Shown here piece by piece: positions 9,475-17,689 of a DNA stretch of 64,000 nucleotides. A program made the position numbers and the translations under genes. The stretch comes from Candidatus Fervidifonticultor secundus (lineage in GTDB: Bacteria; Sysuimicrobiota; Sysuimicrobiia; Sysuimicrobiales; Humicultoraceae): positions 1 through 64,000 of the forward strand of contig JAVKIP010000003.1 in NCBI GenBank assembly GCA_031459385.1, read 5' to 3'. The notes beneath the pieces are model-generated. The model had not been told where the DNA came from. It worked only from the letters and a program-made list of their open reading frames with translations, and ran no database searches. The first letter of the stretch is position 1, and every line of letters begins with the position of its first letter.

Positions 9475-11025
9475 TCAGCGGGCGAGAAACGCCAGCTTGT
9501 TGTCCGCGTGCGGGATCCCGTTCATCACCCCACCGCGGGTCGCGATGGGGCTGAACTTCCGGCTGTCGTAGATCCAGAAGAACCGGCGGTAGTACAGCGG
9601 CAGGGTCGGCAGCTCCTCGGCCAGCATCACCTGCATCTGGTCGATGAGGCGCCGGCGCTGCCCGGCATCGAGCGTCCGCAGCTGCAGGCGCGCCAGGCGC
9701 AGGTATTCGGGCGAGCGCATCCGGCTGCCCCGCGCGAACAGGTTGGCCTCGTCGCCGGTAAACCAGGTCCGCAGGTAGTCGGGGTCGCCGCCGCTCCCGG
9801 TGTGCAGGGTCAGCAGTATCTGGAAGCGCCCCTCGCCGCCCAGGTGCGCGCGGGTGGCCGGGTCTACCGTCCGGAGGCGGAGGTCGACGCCGACAGCCTT
9901 CAGCATCTGCTGGACGAACTCCACGTCCCGGATCGGCGTGGACACCAGCTCGACCACCAGGCGGTCGCCGTCGCGGTCCTCCAGCCAGCCATCACCGTCC
10001 CGATCATCGTAGCCGAGTTCGCGCAACAACGCCCGGGCGCGGGCCGGGTCGTACGGGTACTCGGGAACACGGGGGTTGTACCAGGGATCGGTCGGCGGGA
10101 TCACCCCCGCGCTGCCGACCGGCGCGGGCCCACGGGTGATCGTCTCCCCGATGCGTCTGCGGTCCAGGGCATGAGCCACGGCACGGCGGAAGGGCCGCAT
10201 GCTGGTCGGAGCGCGCTCCAGGTTGAACAGCAGACGGGCAACAGACAGCGGCTCGGTCTCCAGCACCCGCAGGTAGGGATGCCCCGCAAAGGCCCGGACC
10301 ACATCGTAGGTCGTGGCCATCGCCTGATCGATCTGCCCGGTCTGGATGGCGAGGACCTGCCGCTCGGTGGGCGTCACCGTGTAGTGGACCTCGTCGATGC
10401 GGAGCCGCCCTTTGAAGTAGCCCTCGAACGCCGTGAAGCGATACGCGCCCGCCTCCGGCCGGTAGTCGGCGAGCCGGTAGGGCCCGGAGCCGACCGCCAT
10501 CCTCGTGTCCTGCTCCCGCTCGGGATGCTCGATGCCCCGCCAGATGTGCTCGGGGATGATGGGGACGACGCCGGCGATGTTTTCGAGGAACGGCGCGTAG
10601 GGCTGTGCGAGCCGGACGACGACCGTGCGGCGGTCGCGCACTTCCGCCTTCGTGACGATAGACGTGTCCACCCACCGGAACGGATGCCTCCGGTAGTAGT
10701 CAAAGGAGAACTTCACGTCGTGGGCAGTCAACGGCTGGCCGTCGTGCCACTGGACCGGCCAGTGGAGGGTGAACACGTAGGCGGTGCCGTCCGGGCTGGT
10801 CCGCCAGGAGTCGGCCAGCCAGGGGATGAGTCCGCGCTCGTCCTTCCATACCAGGGTGTCGTAGATGAAGGAGAGGCGGACGATGCCTCCGGGGCCCAGG
10901 GTCGAGAAGGCGAAGGGTGTGGGGAAGCCGACATCGGTCCACCAGGTGAGCCGCAGCACCAATGGCTGCGCCGCGGCCGGCAGGACCAGCAGGATGGGCA
11001 GGATCAGGACAGGCGCGACCCTCAT
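9475..11025 (-). CDS. ABC transporter substrate-binding protein, family 5 (probably nickel)
   Basis: Signal peptide, IYDTLV, WHDGQPLTAHDVKFS, GSGPY; overlaps the DUF6390 gene. Nickel specificity is inferred from context only. Confidence 0.85.
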   Translation of the reverse strand: MRVAPVLILPILLVLPAAAQPLVLRLTWWTDVGFPTPFAFSTLGPGGIVRLSFIYDTLVWKDERGLIPWLADSWRTSPDGTAYVFTLHWPVQWHDGQPLTAHDVKFSFDYYRRHPFRWVDTSIVTKAEVRDRRTVVVRLAQPYAPFLENIAGVVPIIPEHIWRGIEHPEREQDTRMAVGSGPYRLADYRPEAGAYRFTAFEGYFKGRLRIDEVHYTVTPTERQVLAIQTGQIDQAMATTYDVVRAFAGHPYLRVLETEPLSVARLLFNLERAPTSMRPFRRAVAHALDRRRIGETITRGPAPVGSAGVIPPTDPWYNPRVPEYPYDPARARALLRELGYDDRDGDGWLEDRDGDRLVVELVSTPIRDVEFVQQMLKAVGVDLRLRTVDPATRAHLGGEGRFQILLTLHTGSGGDPDYLRTWFTGDEANLFARGSRMRSPEYLRLARLQLRTLDAGQRRRLIDQMQVMLAEELPTLPLYYRRFFWIYDSRKFSPIATRGGVMNGIPHADNKLAFLAR

Positions 11026-11777
11026 CGTTCAAGGATCACCGCGCCCCGGCGCTGCTCGTTGGTCAGCGCGAGGTGGTGACGCGTGTACTGCACGAGGAAG
11101 CGCCGTTGCCGCAACGTCAGGACGTGGCACGCGCAGCCCCAATGGATCGCGACGGTGTCGCCGGGTCTGACCTGGGAGACGAGCGCCTTGCCGCCGAAGC
11201 GCCGCAGCACGCGGCGCGGCGCAGGGGACCCCAGGGCCAGTGCATCGCCCTCGAGCACGAGCGGGCGGCGCTCGACCAGCAGGCCGTCGCCGTCTTCTGC
11301 CAGCACCCGGCCCCACGAGATGCGGCACTCGTCGAGGGTCTCCAGGGTGTGGGGGATCTCCAGGTGACCGGTGCGGATCGGCATGCTGAGCACGTGGAAG
11401 TTGTGGTGGGGCCGCGCGCCCCTCGGCACGATGCCCAGCACCGCCTGCAGCACTCTGGGCGGGAAGCGGCGGCCGAACCGGTCGGACAGGTGCCGGTGCA
11501 GGTCGTGCAGTTCCACGTTCTCAAGCAGCTCGTTGCCGATCCAGTAGGCCTCGATCACGCGCACGTCGAACGGGTCGCCGATGCCGTTGGCCGCCGCGAT
11601 GAACGAGTAGTAGGGGAAGGCGCCGGCAAAGCGCGCCAGGATCTGCGCGAGCCCGCGGTCGGCGGCCCCCGCGGCCACGTAGTCGAGCATCGCCCGGTTC
11701 TCCTCCGGCCCGCAGTAGCCCAGGCGGTTGGGCATGAAGGAGAAGCGCGCGGCCAGCAGCGCGCCGGCCTGGCTCAT
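11022..11777 (-). CDS. DUF6390-like hydrogenase-associated protein
   Basis: RFSFMPNRLGYCGP, VIEAYWIGN, PHHNFHV, DECRISWG, VAIHWG motifs; adjacent to hypC. Confidence 0.75.
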   Translation of the reverse strand: MSQAGALLAARFSFMPNRLGYCGPEENRAMLDYVAAGAADRGLAQILARFAGAFPYYSFIAAANGIGDPFDVRVIEAYWIGNELLENVELHDLHRHLSDRFGRRFPPRVLQAVLGIVPRGARPHHNFHVLSMPIRTGHLEIPHTLETLDECRISWGRVLAEDGDGLLVERRPLVLEGDALALGSPAPRRVLRRFGGKALVSQVRPGDTVAIHWGCACHVLTLRQRRFLVQYTRHHLALTNEQRRGAVILER

Positions 11778-12058
11778 CCCTCACCCTCCCCTGCGGCGGG
11801 GACGTCCGCGACGGCCGGCGCGAGCTCCCCTTCGAACATCTGGCTCACCTCCTCCAGCAGCCGCATCGTCTCCCGTGCGGTCGCCTCGTCGATCTTCTCG
11901 ACCGCGAACCCCACCTGCACCAGCACCCAGTCGCCGGGGAGGACGTCGGGGAGCATGGCCAGGTTCACCAGGCGCGGGGTTCCGAGCACGTCGACCCGCC
12001 CGATCCGCCTGGCCTGGTCCACGATCTCCACGATGTGTCCAGGCACTGCGACGCACAT
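11774..12058 (-). CDS. hypC: Hydrogenase maturation chaperone HypC/HybG/HupF
   Basis: MCVAVPG N-terminus, PGDWVLVQVGFA; 94 aa. Confidence 0.93.
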   Translation of the reverse strand: MCVAVPGHIVEIVDQARRIGRVDVLGTPRLVNLAMLPDVLPGDWVLVQVGFAVEKIDEATARETMRLLEEVSQMFEGELAPAVADVPAAGEGEG

Positions 12059-12060
12059 GG

Positions 12061-12921
12061 CTATCCCACCGCCACCTGCACCTGGCCCTGCTCGATCACC
12101 ACGGGCACATGCTCCAGCACCAGGGTGGGATCGCTCAGGCTGCGGCCGCTGCGGAGATCGTAACGCTCGCCGTGGCAGGGGCAGACCAGCACGAACGCCT
12201 CCAGCGTCGCGCCCTGCAGTGAACCGCCACCGCGCGGGCAGCGGTCGCGCACGGCGTAGATGCGGCCGAACGCGGTGGCCAGTACGACCGCGGTACCGTG
12301 CAGGAGGAGATGCTGGACGCCATAGGAGAACTGCTGCACCGGACCGAGGTCGTTCCATCGCCTCGCCTTCTCGACGGCTTCCAGCGGCACGAAGGCCTCG
12401 CCGGCGCGCACAGCCGGCAGGCCCTCGACTTCGATCCCCCGCAGGTCCGGCACGGCGTCCCTGAGCACCTGCTCGATCCCCATCTTCAGGGTGAGCAACG
12501 ATGAGCCGCAGCCGTGGCAGGCGCCCTGCAGCCGCAGGCGCGCCACGCCGTCCCGCACGTCCAGCACCTCCACGTCGCCGCCATGCCCGTGCATGTAGGG
12601 CCGGACCCGGTCGAGCGCGGCGCGCACCCTGGCCTCCGGCGCCTGCGCCGGCCCATCGAGCAGGCCATGCTCGGCCAGCAGCACCCCGACCACGGGATCG
12701 CCACGCAGCACCTCCAGCACCCGTGCGCCCTCCGGGGCGTTGCGCAGCAGCATCACGATGCGAAAGAGCGCGTCGTGGTGCAGGTGCATCACGGCCTCCG
12801 AGACGTCGAGCACCAGGTCGTGCACGGCAGGATCAGGATGTGCCTCGGCCCGTCGGAACAGGGTCTCCAGCGCCTCCGTGAAGGCGACCGGATCGTCGAT
12901 GGGGGGAAAGCGGCGGCTCAC
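12061..12921 (-). CDS. NifU-like plus Rieske-like domain fusion (Fe-S carrier for hydrogenase)
   Basis: VRPYMHGHGGDVE..LQGACHGC (NifU) followed by DRCPRGG...VCPCHG..YDLRSG (Rieske-like); GTG start overlaps the upstream stop. Confidence 0.85.
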   Translation of the reverse strand: MSRRFPPIDDPVAFTEALETLFRRAEAHPDPAVHDLVLDVSEAVMHLHHDALFRIVMLLRNAPEGARVLEVLRGDPVVGVLLAEHGLLDGPAQAPEARVRAALDRVRPYMHGHGGDVEVLDVRDGVARLRLQGACHGCGSSLLTLKMGIEQVLRDAVPDLRGIEVEGLPAVRAGEAFVPLEAVEKARRWNDLGPVQQFSYGVQHLLLHGTAVVLATAFGRIYAVRDRCPRGGGSLQGATLEAFVLVCPCHGERYDLRSGRSLSDPTLVLEHVPVVIEQGQVQVAVG

Positions 12922-13412
12922 GGGCGCTCGCGGAGCAGGATGACGATGCGCTCGACGGCCCGATCCACCGCCGCAGCCACTGGCGCGGAGAGCGTCATCG
13001 TCATCTCTTCGAGGGTCTGCGGCTCGCACCCGACGATGAGCGTCTCCCTGGGCAGCGCTCCCAGCGCCCTGGCCAGCAGCAGGACGCGCGACGGCGTCGT
13101 GGTGTGCGGATCGCCGACGAGCGCTCCCACCTCATCCGCCGGGAGACCGTTCAGGTCGGGCAGCTCCGGCCGCAGCACCACCACGCTTCCGGGCGGCTTC
13201 CCGCAGTGGACGGCATCGACGAGGACGATGAGATCGTAGCCGTCGAGCAGGTCCTGCACGAGCGGGATGCCGCCGATGCCCGCGTCCACCACCCGCACGC
13301 CCGGTGGGAGGTCGGCGCGCTGCCGCAGCCGGCGGACGACCTCGATGCCGAAGCCGTCGTCGCCGCGCAGCACGTTGCCGATGCCGGCCACGAGAATCCG
13401 CGGGGCCGTCAC
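12918..13412 (-). CDS. Hydrogenase maturation endopeptidase (HybD/HycI family)
   Basis: GIGNVLRGDDGFG, VDAV, DPH; canonical metal ligands are intact. Confidence 0.92.
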   Translation of the reverse strand: MTAPRILVAGIGNVLRGDDGFGIEVVRRLRQRADLPPGVRVVDAGIGGIPLVQDLLDGYDLIVLVDAVHCGKPPGSVVVLRPELPDLNGLPADEVGALVGDPHTTTPSRVLLLARALGALPRETLIVGCEPQTLEEMTMTLSAPVAAAVDRAVERIVILLRERP

Positions 13413-14305
13413 GGGGTTCGAGCGCCTCCCCGTGTCGGGCCGCGGCGCACGCACTGCGCCGGGTCACCGGTGAGGTGGCAGTCGCACTCAGGATCGTTGC
13501 ACTCGCCGTGGCCCTGCCGCAGCAGCGGCGCGAACTCCTCCACGAAGCGGCGCCGGCCCTCGTTGCGGCCGACCACGCTCAGGCGGTAGCGGCCAGGCTC
13601 GGTGCCGGCGGCCTCCAGGTAGCCCTGGCGGCGCAGCGTCTCCAGGTGGCCGGCGATGGCGGCCTCGCCGACGCCGACAAACGGCGTGAGGTCTGCGGGC
13701 CGCACGTCCCTCGCCAGGCCCTCCCCTTCCATCCAGTAGAGCACCTGCAGGATATCGTCGCGCTGGCGCAGGGCCTCGACGGCGGCGCTCCCGGCGGCGT
13801 CCCCACCGAACCCGCCTTCGCGGCCCAGAGCGTCGCGCACGGCCTCGATCGCCGGCGCCACCGCCTGCTCGACGGCGAGGCTCAGACCGTCGCCCCAGCC
13901 CAGGTCGTGGGGCTCGACCTCGACCACCTCGACGTCGCGCGGCAGCACGCCGAACTGCCTGGCAATGACGAGCAGGTTGTCGAGGCTGATCGTACCGCCC
14001 AGCGCCTCGCCCACGCGCTCCTGCACCTCCGCGGGATCGGGCAGCACGCCCGTCGGGCAGTACCGCACGAGCGTGCCGGCCAGCCGCCGGCCGCGCGGGA
14101 CCGCGCCGACGAACACGATGCGGTCATAGGGCTGCTCCTGCCAGCGATGCACGAGCGCGATGGGTGCATAGGAGAGATCCTCCACGTCGACGCCATCGAG
14201 CCAGGGGGCGCCCCGCAGGCGATCGACCACCAGCGGCCCGAACGCCAGGTCGCGCGTGAAGCGGTAGCCCACGCCCCCGACGAGGACGCGGGGCCGGCCG
14301 GTCAT
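13409..14305 (-). CDS. Degenerate hydrogenase maturation protease-fold domain fused to a winged-helix-like domain with a Cys/His-rich tail
   Basis: N-terminal RVLVGGVGYRFTRDLAFG...EVEP...GDGLS..VE.AV; C-terminal RDDILQVLYWMEGEG...HGECNDPECDCH..C. Confidence 0.75.
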   Translation of the reverse strand: MTGRPRVLVGGVGYRFTRDLAFGPLVVDRLRGAPWLDGVDVEDLSYAPIALVHRWQEQPYDRIVFVGAVPRGRRLAGTLVRYCPTGVLPDPAEVQERVGEALGGTISLDNLLVIARQFGVLPRDVEVVEVEPHDLGWGDGLSLAVEQAVAPAIEAVRDALGREGGFGGDAAGSAAVEALRQRDDILQVLYWMEGEGLARDVRPADLTPFVGVGEAAIAGHLETLRRQGYLEAAGTEPGRYRLSVVGRNEGRRRFVEEFAPLLRQGHGECNDPECDCHLTGDPAQCVRRGPTRGGARTP

Positions 14306-14312
14306 GGCCCGG

Positions 14313-16190
14313 TCACCCGTCGACCTCGCAGGCGCACGTGTTCACCTCGCGGGTAATGACGCGGTTGGCATCGGCTACGGCGATGTGCGTGGTGCACGGC
14401 ATGCACGGGTCGAACGACCGGATGGTGCGCAGGATGTCGATCCCCTTGAAGTCGTCCGGGCCCGAGAATGTCTCGAGGATCGGCGTGTTCAGCACAGCCT
14501 CCTCGTAGGCCCCGCCGTGCCCCCACGGGTCCTTCGGCGAGGCGTTCCAGGTCGAGGGCGTGAGGATCTGATAGTTGGCCACGGTCCCGTTCTCCAGCAC
14601 CAGGTGGTGCGTGAGGTACCCGCGCCCCGCGCCCCAGAAGCCGGCACCGATCCGCTGCCCGCGCCGGGGGATCGCGAACCGGCTGCTCACGCGCGTCTCC
14701 CCCTTCTTCAGGTAGTCGAGGCCGCGCAGCCAGTTGTCCATGGCGACGAGGGCCGTGTACGGGATGCAGTACGCCCGGCCGCGGTTGCGCTCGAACGCAT
14801 TCCAGACGTCGGGGATCTTCCAGGCCATCACCGTCTCGGGTCGGGCGCCCGCCGGCAGGCGCAGGACGAGGCTCCTGCCCGTTGGCTCGATGAACGTGCT
14901 CGTCGGCAGTTTCCGCGCCGCTGCGGTGAGCCACATGCGCGCCGTGCACTCGGCCTCCATCACCCGGCGGTCCCAGCGCGGCGAGGTCGCCCACGAGTAC
15001 TTCTCCTTCCACGACTGGCCGACCGGCTTGGGCTTCGTGTCGCGGTTCCACATGTGATGGGGGCTGAGCGGGTTGCCCGCAGGATCGACCGGGAAGCGCT
15101 GCCCGTCCCAGGGCTCATAGTACGAGTGCTCGACGAACTCCTCGATGCCGATGTTCATCGCCTGGAGTTCCGTCGTGACGACCTCGCCGTCGACGATGAC
15201 GCCAGGGGTGGCCCAGCGCCGCTGGCCCCACGCGTTGCAGTTCGTGTAGGTCGCGTCGTACGCCTCCGGATCATCCCAGATGCCGGGGTCGATCAGGGTG
15301 GCCGGCCGCGCGCCCACCTGCCTGTAGCGCGGGTCGGCGCCGTAGAAGAACTCGACGAGATCATCCCAGAACGGTACGACCTTCTTGGCGTAGTCGAAGA
15401 ACTGCTGCAGGCGCACGTAGATCTGGTTGAAGGTCGAGAGGCTGACCGTGACGCTCATGCCGCCCGGCACGACCGTTTCGGGGTGCGGGTACTTGCCGCC
15501 GATGAGCACGTAGGCCTCGCGGGCCACGCGCGTCATGTGCAGTGCCTCCAGGTAGAGCTTCCCGGTCAGCGGGTTCAGATCGACCATCATGTCCCCGATG
15601 GTCCGGTAGCCGTGCAGATGCCCGCGGGGTGCCTCGGTGTGCTGCGCGCGCTCCCAGAGCTCTGGATTCGTGGTGGAGACGATGGCCTGCGAGTAGTCGG
15701 GCCCGGCGAGCAGAAACAGGTGCAGGGGGTGATCGTAGAGGAACTCGAGCGCCAGGAGCAGGTTGCGCATGACGATCCCCAGCGGCGGCGGGACGACGCC
15801 GATGGCCATCTCCATCGCGAGCGCCGCGGTGGTGGCGTGGACGCCGCCGCACACGCCGCAGGCACGGCTGGTGATGAAGAGGGCATCGCGCGGATCGCGG
15901 CCCTTCATGATGACCTCGTAGCCGCGGAACAGCGTGGCCATCGAGGCCGCGGACAACACCCTGCGCTCCTTGAGGTCGGCTACGGCGTGGAAGGCCAGCG
16001 CGCCGGCGACGCGCGTGACCGGGTCGAAGTCGACCGCCTTGATGTGGCCGTTGCGCCGCAGCAGCTCCTCGATGCGCTCCTCTTCTGTCGCGATGGGCGT
16101 CGCCTCGTACGCGTAGGGGTTGCGGACCTCGGGCCGCAAGAACGCCCGGCCCGTCGCGTCGAACTCAATCGGGAGGTTCTTGAAGCACAT
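14313..16190 (-). CDS. [NiFe]-hydrogenase large subunit, group 1l-type (HylL-like)
   Basis: FDPVTRVAG, L1 motif TSRACGVCGGVH, L2 motif RSFDPCMPCTTH, plus a 23-aa cleavable C-terminal tail. Confidence 0.95.
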   Translation of the reverse strand: MCFKNLPIEFDATGRAFLRPEVRNPYAYEATPIATEEERIEELLRRNGHIKAVDFDPVTRVAGALAFHAVADLKERRVLSAASMATLFRGYEVIMKGRDPRDALFITSRACGVCGGVHATTAALAMEMAIGVVPPPLGIVMRNLLLALEFLYDHPLHLFLLAGPDYSQAIVSTTNPELWERAQHTEAPRGHLHGYRTIGDMMVDLNPLTGKLYLEALHMTRVAREAYVLIGGKYPHPETVVPGGMSVTVSLSTFNQIYVRLQQFFDYAKKVVPFWDDLVEFFYGADPRYRQVGARPATLIDPGIWDDPEAYDATYTNCNAWGQRRWATPGVIVDGEVVTTELQAMNIGIEEFVEHSYYEPWDGQRFPVDPAGNPLSPHHMWNRDTKPKPVGQSWKEKYSWATSPRWDRRVMEAECTARMWLTAAARKLPTSTFIEPTGRSLVLRLPAGARPETVMAWKIPDVWNAFERNRGRAYCIPYTALVAMDNWLRGLDYLKKGETRVSSRFAIPRRGQRIGAGFWGAGRGYLTHHLVLENGTVANYQILTPSTWNASPKDPWGHGGAYEEAVLNTPILETFSGPDDFKGIDILRTIRSFDPCMPCTTHIAVADANRVITREVNTCACEVDG

Positions 16191-16229
16191 GGCGGCTCGT
16201 TCCCCTTTCGGCGGGATCCGGGCGCGTGA

Positions 16230-16496
16230 CTACATGCGCAGCACGACGGCGACGCCCTTCAGGTGCTCGTCGATCTGCCTGAGACCGCCCAGCAACTGTC
16301 CCGCAGCGCGGTTGATCGCCGACAGGTGCTGTGTCAGCGGCCGGGTGTTGGCCTCGATGGCCTCCAACCCCTCGGCCAACTGCCACAGGTGGCGGCTGGT
16401 ACGGCGCAGCGAGGCGATGATCGCGAGCAGGTACCCTGCCACCACCACGACCACCAGGGCCAGCGTGACGATCGTCAGCCAGATCAGCACCGTCAT
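16230..16496 (-). CDS. Short single-TM hydrogenase-associated protein 5 (HylTM-like)
   Basis: 88 aa; N-terminal TM helix plus amphipathic helix; lies between the small and large subunit genes. Confidence 0.8.
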   Translation of the reverse strand: MTVLIWLTIVTLALVVVVVAGYLLAIIASLRRTSRHLWQLAEGLEAIEANTRPLTQHLSAINRAAGQLLGGLRQIDEHLKGVAVVLRM

Positions 16497-16795
16497 CGCC
16501 GACCCCCCTCCAGCCTCTGCCGGCCCAGCGCCTGCTCGATGGCGCCGGCGCTCCGCGCGATGGCGTCGGCACCGGCCAGCATCTGCGTCGCCACGGCGAT
16601 AGTGGTCTGCAGCGCCGAGACCGCCGCGGTGTTCCGCGCGATGCCGGCGCCGGCGGCCAGCGTGTCAGCGGCGTAGCGCTCGATGGCGCGCGCGGCCCGC
16701 AGTACACGGTGGAGCAGGTACCACACCGTCGGCAGCACGACCACGGCCGCGACGACCAGCGTGATCCACCAGATGACCAAAACCGCGCCCATCAC
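16493..16795 (-). CDS. Short single-TM hydrogenase-associated protein 4 (HylTM-like)
   Basis: 100 aa; TM plus helical tail; start/stop overlaps with neighbours. Confidence 0.8.
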   Translation of the reverse strand: MMGAVLVIWWITLVVAAVVVLPTVWYLLHRVLRAARAIERYAADTLAAGAGIARNTAAVSALQTTIAVATQMLAGADAIARSAGAIEQALGRQRLEGGRR

Positions 16796-17076
16796 GACCG
16801 CCCTCCCAGCGCCCGCGCGGTGGCATCCAGGTGCCCGGCCACGGCCTTCAAGCCTGACAGCAGCGCCGAGGTGCCCTCGTTGAACCGGGTCACCTGCGGC
16901 GCCAGCATGCCGGTCTCCGTCTCGATGGCGCGCACGCCCATGCGGATCTTCGCCAGATAACTCGTCGGCGAGCCGCCGATCGCGTCCAGCGTGCGGACGA
17001 TGCCGATGAGATAGGCGATCAGGACCGCGGCGAAGACGACCACGGTCACCGCCGACAGGAGCGCGAGCCAGACCAT
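16792..17076 (-). CDS. Short single-TM hydrogenase-associated protein 3 (HylTM-like)
   Basis: MVWLALLSAVTVVVFAAVLIAYL..., 94 aa; TGATG overlap at 17074-17078. Confidence 0.8.
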   Translation of the reverse strand: MVWLALLSAVTVVVFAAVLIAYLIGIVRTLDAIGGSPTSYLAKIRMGVRAIETETGMLAPQVTRFNEGTSALLSGLKAVAGHLDATARALGGRS

Positions 17077-17381
17077 CAGGCCGTCCCTCCCCCGTGGCGA
17101 ACGGCCTCCGCGATGCGCGCGCTGGCCTGCGCCACCGCCCCGGCCTCCGCCAGGATGCCGCCCAGGACGTAGTTCGTGCGGTCGAGCATCGCGATATGCA
17201 CCGTGTTGTTGGCCACGCGTTGGCCGTCGGTCCAGATGTCCGATGCGACCTTCAAGATCAGGCGGGCGGTGTTGAGGATGGCCTGCAGCAGCAACGCCAC
17301 GACCACCGTGACGACGAGGCCCAGCAGGATGGAGACGCTCCACACCAGGGAGACGGTCTGCGCGCTCGGAGCCACTACCAT
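17076..17381 (-). CDS. Short single-TM hydrogenase-associated protein 2 (HylTM-like)
   Basis: 101 aa; GGAGG RBS; TM plus helical tail. Confidence 0.8.
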   Translation of the reverse strand: MVVAPSAQTVSLVWSVSILLGLVVTVVVALLLQAILNTARLILKVASDIWTDGQRVANNTVHIAMLDRTNYVLGGILAEAGAVAQASARIAEAVRHGGGTA

Positions 17382-17392
17382 GGCCGCCCCTC

Positions 17393-17689
17393 CTAGGCTC
17401 GCGGCCCCGCCGGTGCCTGCAGCGCCTCGGCGATCTCCTCCGCGTGCCTGCGGATGGACTTCGCCGTCTCACGCAGGTCGAAGGCGACCGCGTTCGTGCT
17501 CTCGAGCGTCCAGATGACCTGCGTGTGCTCCGCGATCTTCCCCACGGCCTGATGGCACCGCAGGGCGGCCCGCGCGATCCTGCGCGCCGTGACCATCACT
17601 GCGATGAGCAGCGCGGCCACGACGGCGACGAGCACCCCGGCGATGCCGAGGATCAGGTACCACTGGCTCAGCAGCTCGGCGTCGGTCAC
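17393..17689 (-). CDS. Short single-TM hydrogenase-associated protein 1 (HylTM-like)
   Basis: 98 aa; GTGA overlap with the small-subunit stop; TM plus helical tail. Confidence 0.8.
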   Translation of the reverse strand: MTDAELLSQWYLILGIAGVLVAVVAALLIAVMVTARRIARAALRCHQAVGKIAEHTQVIWTLESTNAVAFDLRETAKSIRRHAEEIAEALQAPAGPRA

